A stretch of 64,000 nucleotides of DNA. It comes from Spirochaetia bacterium. Its GTDB lineage: Bacteria > Spirochaetota > Spirochaetia > DSM-2461. Numbering within the stretch: the stretch's first letter is position 1; each line of letters starts with the position of its first letter. The notes beneath the pieces were generated by a model. It ran no database searches and was not told the DNA's origin. It saw only the letters and a list, made by a program, of their open reading frames with translations. Below are positions 11,971-23,506 of this stretch, one piece after another. A program made the translations under genes and the position numbers. The stretch covers positions 992,001 to 1,056,000 of the forward strand of contig CAXXIA010000001.1 of NCBI GenBank assembly GCA_963666985.2, written 5' to 3'.

Positions 11971-14792
11971 CCGGTCTTTAAAACCTCTCCGAGAAAAGAT
12001 CCCGTATGTGATGCGGCTGAGGATGCAATGTCTTCAGGCTTTCCCGCGGCGATGATGTTTCCGCCTTCATTCCCTCCCTCGGGACCGAGATCTATGACAT
12101 AATCCGCCTGTTTAACCACATCCAGATTATGTTCAATCATACAGATCGTATTACCGCGGTCCACCAGAGTCTGCAAAACTTCAAGAAGCTGCTTTACATC
12201 GGCGAAATGGAGTCCTGTGGTCGGCTCATCGATGACATAAAATGTATTTCCGGTGCTCTTTTTTGATAATTCCAAAGCGAGCTTTACCCGCTGGGCTTCA
12301 CCGCCGGAAAGTGTCAGGGCCGATTGTCCCAGCTTTACATACCCCAAACCGACGGCATTCAGCGTTTCAAGCTTATTTCTTATCGAGGGAACGGCGGAAA
12401 AAAACTCGCACGCTTCTTCGCCTGTCATATCGAGAACTTCGTGGATGTTCTTCCCTTTGTATCGAATCTCCAATGTCTCCCGGTTGAATCGTTTCCCCTT
12501 GCAGACATCGCAGGTAACATAAACATCGGGGAGAAAATGCATTTCGATTTTTTTCGTTCCCGCGCCTTCACAGGCCTCGCATCTTCCGCCCTTTACATTA
12601 AAGCTGAATCGGCCCGGTTTATATCCCCGCGCCTTTGATTCGGGCAGTGAGGAGAACAGATCTCTTATCGCTGTAAAAACTCCGATATACGTTGCGGGAT
12701 TGGATCTTGGTGTACGGCCGATCGGATTTTGATCGATGCAGATCACCTTGTCGATATTCTCCGTTCCTTCAACACCGTCGCAATCACCGGCCGGAAGCCG
12801 AGTTCTCCCGACCATATTGGAGAGAATCGGATACAAGAGATCCGAAAGCAGCGTCGATTTACCCGAACCGGAAACTCCCGTAATGGTGATAAACGTTCCG
12901 AGAGGGATTTCAACGTCGATGTTCTTAAGATTATGCTCGCGAGCACCGCGAATAATCAAGGACTTTCCGTTTCCTTCTCTTCTGACTTGCGGAATGGGGA
13001 TTCTCTCTTTCCCGCTCAAATACCTCCCGGTCGGACTGTTCGGATTATCAAGGATGTCTTGAAGGGTTCCTTGAGCCACGACTTTCCCGCCATGAACTCC
13101 GGCGCCCGGGCCCATATCGACAATATAATCGGCGGTACGGATTGTTTGTTCATCATGTTCGACGACGAGTAAAGTATTTCCCAAATCCCGCAAATGAGTC
13201 AGTGTTTCGATAAGACGATGATTGTCCCTCTGATGCAGTCCGATGGTCGGTTCATCCAGGATATAAAGAACTCCTACCAGAGATGAACCGATTTGCGTCG
13301 CCAAACGGATTCTCTGCGCCTCTCCGCCCGAAAGAGTCGCCGATTCGCGTTCCAGTGTCAGATAGCCCAAACCGACGCTCTCAAGAAACCCAAGCCGTTC
13401 GCGTATCTCTTTAAAAATCTGCTCGGCGATGTGATATTCGGTTTCATTGAGTTCCAGAGTATCAAAGAACTTTCGAGCCGCGTGTACCGGCATCGTTGTA
13501 ACTTCATAAATATTTTTTTCACCGATGAAAACACTCAGGCTTTCTCTTTTCAGCCTGCGGCCGCCGCATTCGGTGCACGGTCGGCGTGCCATAAATCCTT
13601 CCAGCCAGTCTCTGATGCCGGGAGAGGAAGATTCGCGATATCTTCTCTTTAAATCGGCGTAAATCCCGTTAAATTCCGATAAATATTCAAACTTCCCCGT
13701 CTTTTTTTTATTAACGTAGGTAACATCGATTTTTTCATCCGATCCGTTAAAGAGGATATCGAGAATATCATCCGACAGTTCACCGATCGGTGTGTTCAGA
13801 CTGAAACCGTAGACTTTGGATAATCCCTCAAACCAGCTTCTGTGCCATGCGGCATCCGGATTATAAGGAGCCAGACCTCGCTCATTAAATGAAAGCGAGG
13901 AATCCGGAATAATCAAATCCCTATCGAATTCCAATGTCATCCCAAGGCCGTCACAGGAAGGACAGGCTCCGAACGGACTGTTGAAACTGAAAAGCCTGGG
14001 CTGAAGTTCCGGAAGACTGAAACCGCAGAGAGGACAGGAATTTTTCTCCGAGAAAAACATCTCCCGCTCTTTTTTCTCCTCCAAAACGACTATTTGAACC
14101 TGTCCGTCGGCAATTTCCAGAGATGTTTCAACGGCTTCGGCAAGACGCTTTCGGCTTTCCGGTCCCGTTTTGATACGATCGACGACGACGGAAATATCGT
14201 GCTTCTTTTTTTTGTCGAGGAGAATCTCATCATCGAGGGAGAGAATCTCTCCATCAATGCGAATACGAATAAATCCCGCCTTTTTCGCATCTTCGATGAA
14301 TTTTTTATGCTCGCCTTTTTTGCCCCGGACAAGAGGAGCCAAAACCATCAGCTTTTCCCCTTCCGGGAGAGAAAAAATCGCATCCAGAATCTGATCGACC
14401 GATTGCTCTTTTATCGGAGTTCCGTCATTGGGACAAACCGGCCGACCGATTCGAGCATAAAGGAGACGAAGATAATCGTAGATTTCGGTAACCGTTCCCA
14501 CCGTGGACCTGGGATTGCGGCTTGTCGTTTTCTGCTCTATCGATATCGCGGGCGAAAGTCCTTCCAGATAATCCACGTCCGGTTTTTCCATGCGGCCCAA
14601 AAACTGCCTGGCATACGCCGAAAGAGATTCAACGTAACGGCGCTGTCCTTCCGCGAAAATCGTATCGAAAGCCAATGACGATTTCCCGGAGCCGGAAAGA
14701 CCGGAAATTACAATTAATTTGTCGCGGGGAAGCTCAAGGTCGATATTCCGAAGATTATGCTCTCGGGCTCCTTTAATGACGATTTTATCCAT
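11967..14792 (-). CDS. uvrA: Excinuclease ABC subunit A
   Basis: [21 protein letters not shown], two ABC cassettes (LSGGEAQR), zinc fingers. Confidence 0.98.
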   Translation of the reverse strand: MDKIVIKGAREHNLRNIDLELPRDKLIVISGLSGSGKSSLAFDTIFAEGQRRYVESLSAYARQFLGRMEKPDVDYLEGLSPAISIEQKTTSRNPRSTVGTVTEIYDYLRLLYARIGRPVCPNDGTPIKEQSVDQILDAIFSLPEGEKLMVLAPLVRGKKGEHKKFIEDAKKAGFIRIRIDGEILSLDDEILLDKKKKHDISVVVDRIKTGPESRKRLAEAVETSLEIADGQVQIVVLEEKKEREMFFSEKNSCPLCGFSLPELQPRLFSFNSPFGACPSCDGLGMTLEFDRDLIIPDSSLSFNERGLAPYNPDAAWHRSWFEGLSKVYGFSLNTPIGELSDDILDILFNGSDEKIDVTYVNKKKTGKFEYLSEFNGIYADLKRRYRESSSPGIRDWLEGFMARRPCTECGGRRLKRESLSVFIGEKNIYEVTTMPVHAARKFFDTLELNETEYHIAEQIFKEIRERLGFLESVGLGYLTLERESATLSGGEAQRIRLATQIGSSLVGVLYILDEPTIGLHQRDNHRLIETLTHLRDLGNTLLVVEHDEQTIRTADYIVDMGPGAGVHGGKVVAQGTLQDILDNPNSPTGRYLSGKERIPIPQVRREGNGKSLIIRGAREHNLKNIDVEIPLGTFITITGVSGSGKSTLLSDLLYPILSNMVGRTRLPAGDCDGVEGTENIDKVICIDQNPIGRTPRSNPATYIGVFTAIRDLFSSLPESKARGYKPGRFSFNVKGGRCEACEGAGTKKIEMHFLPDVYVTCDVCKGKRFNRETLEIRYKGKNIHEVLDMTGEEACEFFSAVPSIRNKLETLNAVGLGYVKLGQSALTLSGGEAQRVKLALELSKKSTGNTFYVIDEPTTGLHFADVKQLLEVLQTLVDRGNTICMIEHNLDVVKQADYVIDLGPEGGNEGGNIIAAGKPEDIASSAASHTGSFLGEVLKTG

Positions 14793-14810
14793 TTAAATTC
14801 CGAAGTTGAT

Positions 14811-15803
14811 TTATGGAGCCAATGCTCCTATCGAAATGAAAGGCGAATCCAACTGCTGAAGAGCTAATCGTCCCCATTGTCCCGCTTCAGGTCTCGGTAC
14901 GGCAATATTCGTATCCGGATCGACGATAACCAGAACCTTCCAGATATCTTCGGCGGAATCTTCATATCCATTGGCAAACAGCGATACGGAAAGCAAATAA
15001 AGCTGCGGCCAAAAGCCTTCATCTTCGAGCCAAGAGATCAAATCGGAATCCGATTCGCCGATGAGTTCCAATAAGTTGACAATTCCATCCGTTCTTCCCG
15101 AGTATCGGACGTCTCTATCGGGATTTCGGGAATCCTCAATCGGATCGATATCGAATCTCCATTCGGGATTCACATTGCGCACTTGTTCGGCCGCGGTAGT
15201 AAGCAGAGAAAGAACGGTTTTGACGGAGTTCAGTAAGGCCGTTCGATAACGGGCCTCCTCCCACGCCTTCTCTCCGAGTATCCTAAGAGCTTTCAGGGAT
15301 TTCGTTCGTTCGTTTCTATACAAGTAAAGCAGTTCATCCAAACCGTTTTCCGTAAGAAGCGATATATACCGATGTCCCGCCGCGATTTCATCCTCCATAG
15401 AGACGGCATCCTCTTCCGCAATGGAGGTAAGAATGACTTCCGCTTCTCTTCTTTGATTTTCATCTCCGGAAAGAAGAAGTTCCGCAAGGGAATAACGGAT
15501 AAAGACGGCCTCGTCGGGGACTCTTAAATAAAGAGACAAATGGATTGCCCGCCGGTACTGTTCTTCGGCCAGATCGGGCTGGCCCTGCGCTTCGAAGACT
15601 TTTCCAAGCCAATATTCCGCTTCGGGGTATTCGGGCTCCTCTTCAACGGCATCCAGCAAATAATCCATGGCTTGCGAGAGTTTTCTCTCTTCATAGGCCA
15701 TGCGTCCTTTTTCGACGAGAATCCAAGTCGGTTCCTGAGAGAATGCGGTATCCGCGCAAAAAAGCAGGACGTTCAATAAGAGAAACAAGGATCGCCGGGT
15801 CAA
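14811..15803 (-). CDS. Exported TPR-containing hypothetical protein
   Basis: TTG start with GGAGG, signal peptide, TPR (YPEAEYWLGKVFEAQGQPDLAEEQYRRAI). Confidence 0.75.
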   Translation of the reverse strand: MTRRSLFLLLNVLLFCADTAFSQEPTWILVEKGRMAYEERKLSQAMDYLLDAVEEEPEYPEAEYWLGKVFEAQGQPDLAEEQYRRAIHLSLYLRVPDEAVFIRYSLAELLLSGDENQRREAEVILTSIAEEDAVSMEDEIAAGHRYISLLTENGLDELLYLYRNERTKSLKALRILGEKAWEEARYRTALLNSVKTVLSLLTTAAEQVRNVNPEWRFDIDPIEDSRNPDRDVRYSGRTDGIVNLLELIGESDSDLISWLEDEGFWPQLYLLSVSLFANGYEDSAEDIWKVLVIVDPDTNIAVPRPEAGQWGRLALQQLDSPFISIGALAP

Positions 15804-15849
15804 CGGTCGGCCTCCGAAAGATTTATAGGAAAGTATACAATAAGCGGAA

Positions 15850-15894
15850 GGAAAAAGGGAAACGGGCCGCCGATCTTCTTTTTTCGGCGGCCCG
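15850..15894 (-). terminator. Intrinsic terminator of the V-ATPase operon
   Basis: 11-bp perfect stem CGGGCCGCCGA/TCGGCGGCCCG (15863-15894) followed on the minus strand by TTTCCCTTTTT. Confidence 0.7.
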
Positions 15895-15910
15895 CTGAAA
15901 AATTGTCGAA

Positions 15911-16330
15911 TTAGACGGCGCCCATCAAGAAAACCATGGTAAGCAAGGCGACGGTTTCAATCAGACCGATAACCATGACATAGTTACCGAATCCTTTCCC
16001 TGTCTCCGCCAGCGCGTCGGAAGCGGCTGCGGCGGCTTTTCCCTGAAAATACGCCGAAGCGCCGATTCCCAATCCGCCGAAAAGCCCCGCACCGAGAAGT
16101 GCCATAGGCTCAACGGAAGAAGCTTTAATGGTGTTCATCAAGATGAAACCGTAGAGTGTCTGAGTCAAGGGCATACCGCAGAATGCAACAAGCATAAAAG
16201 GGGCCGCTTTATTGTTTGCGTAGCATTTTTTCCAAGCGCCGATGGCGGCCTGTCCCGCCGCGCCCATACCCATGGCCGAACCGGCAGCCGCCAAACCCAA
16301 GGCCGCCGCATATCCGAGTAGTCCAATCAT
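15911..16330 (-). CDS. atpK: V-type ATP synthase subunit K (c-ring proteolipid)
   Basis: Four hydrophobic helices, GMPLTQTLYG, AYFQGK, GLIET. Confidence 0.95.
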   Translation of the reverse strand: MIGLLGYAAALGLAAAGSAMGMGAAGQAAIGAWKKCYANNKAAPFMLVAFCGMPLTQTLYGFILMNTIKASSVEPMALLGAGLFGGLGIGASAYFQGKAAAAASDALAETGKGFGNYVMVIGLIETVALLTMVFLMGAV

Positions 16331-18227
16331 ATTTCTGTCTCCTTATCGTTTTCCGGCGATTCCAATTCGGGAACGCGCAACCGGAAGGGCTCAAATGCGA
16401 ATCCGGACCACTCAATATCAAGATGTCCGGAAAACTCCAATACGTTCAAACGCACACCGTGAACCAACACGGATAATGCGCACAGGATGAAATTAAGAGA
16501 ATGTCCTATAAGCAGAATCAGTACCGCGAAAATTATGGTGAATCCGCCGCCTTTCGGCGCCATGCTGTTGAAGCTTTGTGAAAGAGCCACACCCGCGAGA
16601 CCTACGGCGAAAAGACGTATATACGATACGATATCGCCGAAAGCACTGATCACATTCAAGACCGTCGGCAGGAAACCTTTCAGACTCTCAATAATTCCTT
16701 TAAAGAAAGACCGACCTTTTTCCTGATTTTCAAAAAGAAAAACCAGAATCAATCCTCCGATAACCATGGGAAGGATAAGATTCATCAAAAGCGGCAAGAC
16801 TTGAAACTGCAAGACCAATCTCATAATCAGCCAATACATCGCAAGAATAATCGAAAGCCATCCGATCTGCGCGACGGCTTTCAGCGACGGCAGTTTTAAG
16901 ATGAAATTCTGGATGCGCGCGATGGAAAGCATGATTCCGCCGAAAAGGATGCTGATCCATTGAACCATGATTTCCGATTCTATCGTCGTATTCGGGAAAA
17001 TACCCATGGTTACCGCATGGCCCGGGAAAAGGTCCTGCTGATAAGTCGCGATGGCCGGAACAACCAAATTCTTCAAAAAAGTATCTCTTACCAAGGGAAG
17101 CGAGGCAAACCACGTTCCGGTTATAGCTCCCCAAATAAGAGTGGTGAAGCCGAAGATGGTAAAAAGCTTGAGTGCGTCCGAGGGCTTTTTTGTCTTTATC
17201 TTAAACAGAAGGACAAGAGCCAGCGTGATAACACCGTATCCCGCATCCCCGATAATCATGCCGGTAAACAGACTTAAGAAAATCAGAAACCACGGGCTGA
17301 TATCCGTTTCATGATATCCGGGTGAAATATTCATCAAATCGAAAACCGGTTTGATGATTCCAATGGCGGTTTATTCCGCACAAGTGTGGGAACCGCGTCA
17401 TCCGGAGCCGGATCGGTAATCATGACTCCCCATGATTGTTCGGCGGCCAAGGCTTTTAATGATTCGGCGGCGTCTTCCGGGATGAAACCCGTAAACCATG
17501 CCAGTCCTTCTTCATCGTCAAGCGAATTCCCAATTTCCTCAAACTCGATATCCTGCCGTACCGAAGCCAGAATCCGTTCCAAAGGAGCCGCGGAAATCGA
17601 TCGATTTATCAATTCCGATTCAATTTTCTTCCGTTCTTCCGCTATTTTGGCGGCCGTTTGAGCAATCTCGGTAAGACCATACTCCGGAAGTCTGATGCCC
17701 GGATCGGCCCCCTCGGGAACTCCGTTTCGATAAACGGCGGCTCCGAGGACGCTCTTCTTTTTCTTTTGAAGCGTAATAAATTCGCACTCAAGGTTGTTTG
17801 AGTAATCCTCAAGCGCCTTTTCACCGGCTTCCACAAGTCGAATATCGATACCTTTGGCGGCGAGAATTCTCAAATCGGCAGGCTCGAAATCACCCCATGG
17901 TTCCAGGGTTTCCTTATCAAAAGCCAAAGCCGTCATCTTATCCTGCAGTTCCTTGTCTCTTGCTTTAAGGGCAAGAATCTCTTCCGCGTCTTTTAAGGCT
18001 TTCTTTTTATCAGGGATGCCGCCGTCCGAGATACGTTCTTTTGCAGCGGGAAGTGCCAAAAGAGCGTTTTGGAGCAACGCCGCTTCCGTATTCAGAACTT
18101 CCGGAGACGATACTTTGCCGGTATTCACCTCTATGTGCATCAAACCCGCTTTGCGGAGAGCCTTCAAAGACTCTCTTCGGGTTTTTTCCCGAATAACGAC
18201 GGCGACTTTCTTCATCGTAACAATCAT
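16327..18227 (-). CDS. atpI: V-type ATP synthase subunit I, split into two ORFs (18227-17334 soluble N-domain; 17337/17334-16327 membrane domain) by one missing base near 17365-17369
   Basis: MIVTMKKV N-terminus; ...VPTLVRNK then IGIIKPVFDLMNISPGYHETDIS continues in a shifted frame; GDAGYG, SYIRLFAVGLA, HGVRLNVLEF motifs intact. Confidence 0.9.
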
Positions 18228-18826
18228 GACGCCGCTCTCTCCATTCCGCGTTTTGAAATCTTTCCCCGAACAACCGCAGCCGTCTGCTGATCGCCTAAGT
18301 AAATACTGATTTTTTTGATATTGGACTTGGTCTCCGGAATTTTTACCTTTTCAAAGAGATTCACTCTCTGTGTGGTTGTCCGAAGTTCAAGTTCCAATAG
18401 TCTTTTCTGCTCTTGAAGAACATTCAATTCAAGGTCGAGAAGCATGACTCGCTGCATTTCCTTTACGGCTTTATCCACCCAAAGAGGCATCTGCCAAAGG
18501 TCGTAGGAAACCGGAGCGAAAGAAGCACCTTCAAAAACCGGGATCTTCACACCTGCGATGTTTCCAACACCGACATCGGCCTTTTCCAGAACCAGCAGTG
18601 TTTCATCAAGTCCAACATCTTCTCCGAAAACTCCGATCCATTTTTTGAAGTTTTCTTCCAGATCTTCCTTTTCCTTGCGGACCGATGCTTCTTTATCCTC
18701 GACTTTGCGAATTTCCATTTGAAGCTGCTGTTTTTTGAGAAGCAGCGTAGGAAGATAGCGGGTATACATCTTCAGAGCGTCTTTTTGTTTCTTCTGCTCA
18801 TTCTTTGTGAGCTTTATCTTGGCCAT
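18224..18826 (-). CDS. atpD: V-type ATP synthase subunit D
   Basis: MAKIKLTKNE, RYLPTL, TQRVNLFEKVKIP; start trimmed to ATG 18826. Confidence 0.95.
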   Translation of the reverse strand: MAKIKLTKNEQKKQKDALKMYTRYLPTLLLKKQQLQMEIRKVEDKEASVRKEKEDLEENFKKWIGVFGEDVGLDETLLVLEKADVGVGNIAGVKIPVFEGASFAPVSYDLWQMPLWVDKAVKEMQRVMLLDLELNVLQEQKRLLELELRTTTQRVNLFEKVKIPETKSNIKKISIYLGDQQTAAVVRGKISKRGMERAAS

Positions 18827-18839
18827 AGGCCTTACGCTC

Positions 18840-20153
18840 CTAAACCGCCGATCCGGCTGTGTTCTTCGGCCAGAACTTTTCAATCATATCTGTCCGAAGG
18901 CCTGTTTCTTCTTTTTCAAAGCATTCGGCAAGAATCTTCCATCCGTTATCCAACGCTTTTTCCAACGGAATATTTACGGATAAATCCATCATCTGACTTT
19001 CAAAAAGCTCGCCATACTTCAGTAATTTTGTATCCCAGGAGGTCATCTGAAAACCCATGGACTGCTTTTCAAGAGCATCTTTGTAAGATGCGTATATCTT
19101 GATCATACCATCCATTAAAGCCCGATGGTCTTCTCTGGTCCTGTCGTTAACCTGTTGTTTCAGACGACTTAATGAGCCGAAAGGTTCAATTCGTCCATTT
19201 CTCAGGTAGTACTGTCCTTCGGTGATATATCCTGTGTTATCAGGTACGGGATGAGTAACATCATCACCAGGCATGGTCGTAACCGCCAGAATGGTAATGG
19301 AACCGGCACCTTCAATATCAACGGCTTTCTCATATCGTGAAGCCAGCTGGGAATACAGGTCTCCGGGATAACCGCGGTTTGAGGGAACCTGCTCCTGAGT
19401 AATGGCGATTTCTTTCAACGCATCGGCAAAGTTGGTCATATCGGTAAGAAGGACAAGAACCTTTTTACCGTCCAACGCAAACCTTTCGGCGACTGCCAGA
19501 GAGATGTCAGGGACCATAAGACTTTCAACAACGGGGTCGGCCGCCGTATGGATAAACAGGATGGAGCGGCTTAAAGCGCCGCCTTCCTCAAGAGTATCCC
19601 TGAAAAAGAGATAGTCGTCGTATTTAAGACCGATACCTCCAAGAATTATCAAATCGACTTCCGCCTGAAGGGCGATTCTTGCCAGAACTTCGTTATAGGG
19701 CTCGCCGGATATGGAAAAAATAGGGAGTTTTTGACTTTCTACCAGTGTGTTAAAAAGGTCGATCATCGGGATACCCGTTCGAACCATGTTCCTCGGGATA
19801 ATACGGCGGGCCGGATTGAATGAAGGTCCGCCGATTGGAATCATGTTTTCCTGAAGGGTCGGTCCCTTGTCCCTTGGTTCTCCCGATCCATTAAAAACCC
19901 TTCCCATGAGATTCTCTGAGTAAGAGACCTGCATAGGCTTCCCAAGGAATCGGACCTCATCTCCTGTTGAGACACCTCTACTTCCCGCAAATACCTGCAG
20001 TGAAACAAGTTCGCCGTCCATTTTGATAACTTCCGCAAGAGATGTTCCAAAGGATGTTGATATCTGCGCCAAGTCTCCGTACCGGATGCCGTCCGCCTTG
20101 ACCGTAATAACGTTTCCTGCGATTGATTCTATTCTGCTGTATACCTTGCTCAT
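18840..20153 (-). CDS. atpB: V-type ATP synthase subunit B
   Basis: [43 protein letters not shown]. Confidence 0.97.
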   Translation of the reverse strand: MSKVYSRIESIAGNVITVKADGIRYGDLAQISTSFGTSLAEVIKMDGELVSLQVFAGSRGVSTGDEVRFLGKPMQVSYSENLMGRVFNGSGEPRDKGPTLQENMIPIGGPSFNPARRIIPRNMVRTGIPMIDLFNTLVESQKLPIFSISGEPYNEVLARIALQAEVDLIILGGIGLKYDDYLFFRDTLEEGGALSRSILFIHTAADPVVESLMVPDISLAVAERFALDGKKVLVLLTDMTNFADALKEIAITQEQVPSNRGYPGDLYSQLASRYEKAVDIEGAGSITILAVTTMPGDDVTHPVPDNTGYITEGQYYLRNGRIEPFGSLSRLKQQVNDRTREDHRALMDGMIKIYASYKDALEKQSMGFQMTSWDTKLLKYGELFESQMMDLSVNIPLEKALDNGWKILAECFEKEETGLRTDMIEKFWPKNTAGSAV

Positions 20154-21919
20154 TTCTTAACGTCCTCCAGGATGGCGGCCGCTTTAGGATCGCTGCCGAT
20201 CGTCTTGCTCCGGACCAATTCCCTGATTTCTTTTTCCAGTTTGTTAAAATCATCGCCAAGCCATTCCGAACCGTTATAGTCAAGGAATTTCTGCCTGAGT
20301 TGGTAAAACCAGCGGCGTGCTTCTTCCTTGTCATTCATATCGAGTTCCGAAGCCAGGAATTCCAAAATCAGTTTAAATATCTTTTTCTGCCTCTCCGGTG
20401 TTACAGCTGCATCGACAGGGTCAAAAGAGTTCTGCTGGAAGTATACGGAGTCCAGGAATTCACCTTTCTGAAAAAGGATATAGTCCTGCAGACTGGTTCC
20501 CTCTTCACCGACAACTTTCATCATCGCTTCGATTTCTCCGGAACGAGCCAAAATGTTGTGTGCGTAAGACACTTGATTCTGCGGCATGATACCGTTGTAT
20601 TTACTCCAGGACTCAGTTGGATGGATTGCAGGGTATTTACGTGCATCGGACCGTTCTCTTGAAAGTCCATGGAAAGCTCCAACAACTTTAAGTGTTGCTT
20701 GAGTCACAGGTTCTTCGAAGTTACCGCCTGCAGGGCTGACGGTACCACCAATGGTTACAGAACCTTTCTTTCCATCTTTCAGCTTAACAATTCCGGCTCT
20801 TTCGTAGAACGCCGCTATACTTGATTCCAGATATGCCGGGAAAGCTTCTTCACCGGGAATCTCCTCCAGACGACCCGACATTTCACGCATTGCCTGCGCC
20901 CAGCGGCTCGTTGAGTCGGCCAGAAGAAGAACGTCCAGTCCCATCTGCCTGTAATACTCACCAAGAGTTACAGCTGTATATACGGAGGCTTCACGGGAGG
21001 CAACCGGCATTGATGATGTGTTGCAGATGATTATTGTTCTCTCCATAAGTGATCGTCCTGTTTTCGGGTCGATCAATTCAGGGAACTCTTTAAGGGTTTC
21101 AACAACCTCACCTGCACGCTCACCGCATGCGGCCAAAATCACAACATCGACTTCAGCATGTCGGCTGGTAATCTGCTGCAGAACGGTTTTTCCCGCACCA
21201 AATGGCCCGGGAATACAGTATGTACCGCCTTTTGCAACCGGAAAAAAGGTGTCCATAAGTCGAATTTTGGACACCATTGGTTCACTGGGTTTCATCCGTT
21301 CTTCGAACAGCTGAATGGGCCTTTTCACCGGCCATTCAAAAATCATATTGAAGGTTGCTTTTTCACCGCGGGAATCTTCGGCTTCAACAAGAGTGTCGGT
21401 AACTTTGTATTCTCCGGCGTTCTTTACGTTTTTAACCGTGTATTCATCCCTCATTGTGAAGGGAACCATGATTTGATGTTCAAAAGGGCCTTCGGGAACA
21501 ACACCCAATGTATCTCCAGCCGAAACAACATCACCAACTTCGACTTTTGGTGTGAACTGCCATGCTTTCTCTCTATCAAGGGCGTTTAAATAAATTCCGC
21601 GCTCCAAAAAGAAGCCAGCCTGTTCCGCCAGTTCGGGTAAAGGATTCTGTAATCCATCGTAGACCTGTCCCAAAAGTCCGGGACCAAGCTCTACAGCCAG
21701 CATTTCACCGGAGAACTCAACCGTATCTCCTATGCCGACTCCTTTGGTGATTTCAAAAACCTGAAGCTGAGCCACGTCTCCTTTGACGCGGATAACTTCC
21801 GATTTCAGTCGTTTATCGCCGACAATGACGAATCCGACTTCATTCATGATGACATCGCCTTCAGTGCGAACCGACACCATATTTCCGTTAATTCCGATGA
21901 CTTTTCCGGTTGTACTCAT
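20150..21919 (-). CDS. atpA: V-type ATP synthase subunit A
   Basis: [38 protein letters not shown]. Confidence 0.97.
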   Translation of the reverse strand: MSTTGKVIGINGNMVSVRTEGDVIMNEVGFVIVGDKRLKSEVIRVKGDVAQLQVFEITKGVGIGDTVEFSGEMLAVELGPGLLGQVYDGLQNPLPELAEQAGFFLERGIYLNALDREKAWQFTPKVEVGDVVSAGDTLGVVPEGPFEHQIMVPFTMRDEYTVKNVKNAGEYKVTDTLVEAEDSRGEKATFNMIFEWPVKRPIQLFEERMKPSEPMVSKIRLMDTFFPVAKGGTYCIPGPFGAGKTVLQQITSRHAEVDVVILAACGERAGEVVETLKEFPELIDPKTGRSLMERTIIICNTSSMPVASREASVYTAVTLGEYYRQMGLDVLLLADSTSRWAQAMREMSGRLEEIPGEEAFPAYLESSIAAFYERAGIVKLKDGKKGSVTIGGTVSPAGGNFEEPVTQATLKVVGAFHGLSRERSDARKYPAIHPTESWSKYNGIMPQNQVSYAHNILARSGEIEAMMKVVGEEGTSLQDYILFQKGEFLDSVYFQQNSFDPVDAAVTPERQKKIFKLILEFLASELDMNDKEEARRWFYQLRQKFLDYNGSEWLGDDFNKLEKEIRELVRSKTIGSDPKAAAILEDVKK

Positions 21920-22464
21920 CAGTGTGTTCCTCCTGAGGCTTCCAGCACGCGGGTGTAAATGTCTTGGTAGGCCGCGAAGCCCCTCGCCTCGTCGAATTTC
22001 GCTCGACGTTCGAGGATCTGCAGCTTCAACCTATAGCTGCGCAAAAACTCGATATCGTAATAATGTCCTGTTTCCAATTCATCCAGGACAGCCCAGCGAG
22101 CTGATATGAGAAGCATTTCAGCTTCCAATGGCGTAGAGGCATTCATGGCAGCCGCTGCCGTTGAAGCTGTTCCGAAAGCCGCATCGGCTTCCCTAAGGTA
22201 TTGGGCCGGATCAAGAGATTGCTCGGACGCTCTTAATCTGACCAGATCATTTCGGAGACTTCTCTCCCAGGACCTGTAATCACGGCAAATACCGGCTGAT
22301 TCAGGCCCATCGGGATCCAGCGTTGCATTCTCTATCCCCAAATATTCTTCATCTTTCATGAAGAGTCTGCAGGACTCCAATAAATAGTCGCTATCTATTG
22401 GCGGCGACTGATCGGGTCCCATCAGCATGGGAAGAGATGCTGAAATGTAATAGTAAGCAGCCAA
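21919..22464 (-). CDS. DUF2764 family protein (V-ATPase subunit C-like)
   Basis: YYYISASLP N-terminus, WERSLRNDLVRLRA, YRLKLQILER; sits between subunits E and A. Confidence 0.8.
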   Translation of the reverse strand: MAAYYYISASLPMLMGPDQSPPIDSDYLLESCRLFMKDEEYLGIENATLDPDGPESAGICRDYRSWERSLRNDLVRLRASEQSLDPAQYLREADAAFGTASTAAAAMNASTPLEAEMLLISARWAVLDELETGHYYDIEFLRSYRLKLQILERRAKFDEARGFAAYQDIYTRVLEASGGTH

Positions 22465-22473
22465 AACGAACTC

Positions 22474-23073
22474 CTATTCCGTAAGAAGTTCACTCAGCTT
22501 GGGATTGAGATATCGACCGAGCATTGCAGCAACTTCAACCTCAGAGAAATCATAGAAAGCAGCTCCATCCTTCATGGAGATTCTAAAGCCGGCATCCAGG
22601 CCCTTGAAAGGCTTAATCTCCAATCCCTTGCCGATTTCTTGTGAAAGTTTTGCACGAAGACCGGATTCAAGCTCCGCGAACGCGGCTTCCGGTAAAAGGA
22701 CATCCGTCGTTCCTTCACTTCCCGCCGAAAGAGCTTTAACGGCTTCCGCGACGGCTTTTTCCAGAAGATCTCCCTTTAAGGAAGCACTTGTCTCGGCTTC
22801 GAGGATCTTGCCGAAAAGCTCTTCGATTTCGCCTTTCACCGTCAAAACAAGATTTCTGCCGGCCTGCCGGATCGCCTCAATTCCGCTGCGTTCCGCTTTT
22901 TCGGCATCGGCGCGGGCCGTTTCCTTGATGGTATCGGCCTCGGACCGGGCCGAACCGACAATCGCGGCAGCCTTTTCTTCAGCTTCGGCAATAATCTTCG
23001 CCGCATTTTCTTCCGCACTTTTAACGGCATCATTCTTGATCTTATCGATCAATTCTTTCAGTTGAACGTCCAT
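22474..23073 (-). CDS. atpE: V-type ATP synthase subunit E
   Basis: MDVQLKELIDKIK, Ala/Glu-rich coiled coil, AGFRI..DG..FYDFS, YLNPKL. Confidence 0.92.
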   Translation of the reverse strand: MDVQLKELIDKIKNDAVKSAEENAAKIIAEAEEKAAAIVGSARSEADTIKETARADAEKAERSGIEAIRQAGRNLVLTVKGEIEELFGKILEAETSASLKGDLLEKAVAEAVKALSAGSEGTTDVLLPEAAFAELESGLRAKLSQEIGKGLEIKPFKGLDAGFRISMKDGAAFYDFSEVEVAAMLGRYLNPKLSELLTE

Positions 23074-23082
23074 GAACCTTCC

Positions 23083-23445
23083 TTAATCCAGATATTTCTT
23101 AACTCTATCTCCAATTCTGTCAATAATGAGGGAAACCAATTTGGGGTAATCCCGTTCTTTTACCAGCTCTTTCAAGTAGTCCTTAAGCGCATCGATCACT
23201 TCGTGATGATCCTCGCTTTTCGGTACCTCCCAGTTCGCCACATCGGCTTCGAGCTTCTTTACACAGGAAACTTCCTTCATCAGAAGCGCTCGATTTTCCA
23301 TATAGACATAAGGAGTGATTTCTCTTTTGTCGTATTTTATCGAATAATATTCAAGCAGCGATTTAACATCATTCTCAACTTCTTCAAGCTCAATACGAAA
23401 GACTTTCAACGCCAACGACAATCGGTCTTGCATATTAAACTCCAT
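23083..23445 (-). CDS. Helical hypothetical protein, first gene of the V-ATPase transcript
   Basis: 120-aa charged helical ORF, 9 bp from atpE, directly after a promoter-like element. Confidence 0.75.
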   Translation of the reverse strand: MEFNMQDRLSLALKVFRIELEEVENDVKSLLEYYSIKYDKREITPYVYMENRALLMKEVSCVKKLEADVANWEVPKSEDHHEVIDALKDYLKELVKERDYPKLVSLIIDRIGDRVKKYLD

Positions 23446-23467
23446 TCATCCGGCAATCTTCAATATA

Positions 23468-23495
23468 ATTATAGAAACACAATAAAAAAGTGCAA
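23468..23495 (-). promoter_or_regulatory. Putative sigma70 promoter of the V-ATPase operon
   Basis: TTGCAC-16 nt-TATAAT in an AT-rich spacer. Confidence 0.6.
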
Positions 23496-23506
23496 ACCCT
23501 TCTTCT

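Noticed and set aside
17355..17380. Programmed ribosomal frameshift in subunit I
   Set aside because: No X XXY YYZ slippery site or long homopolymer at the junction.
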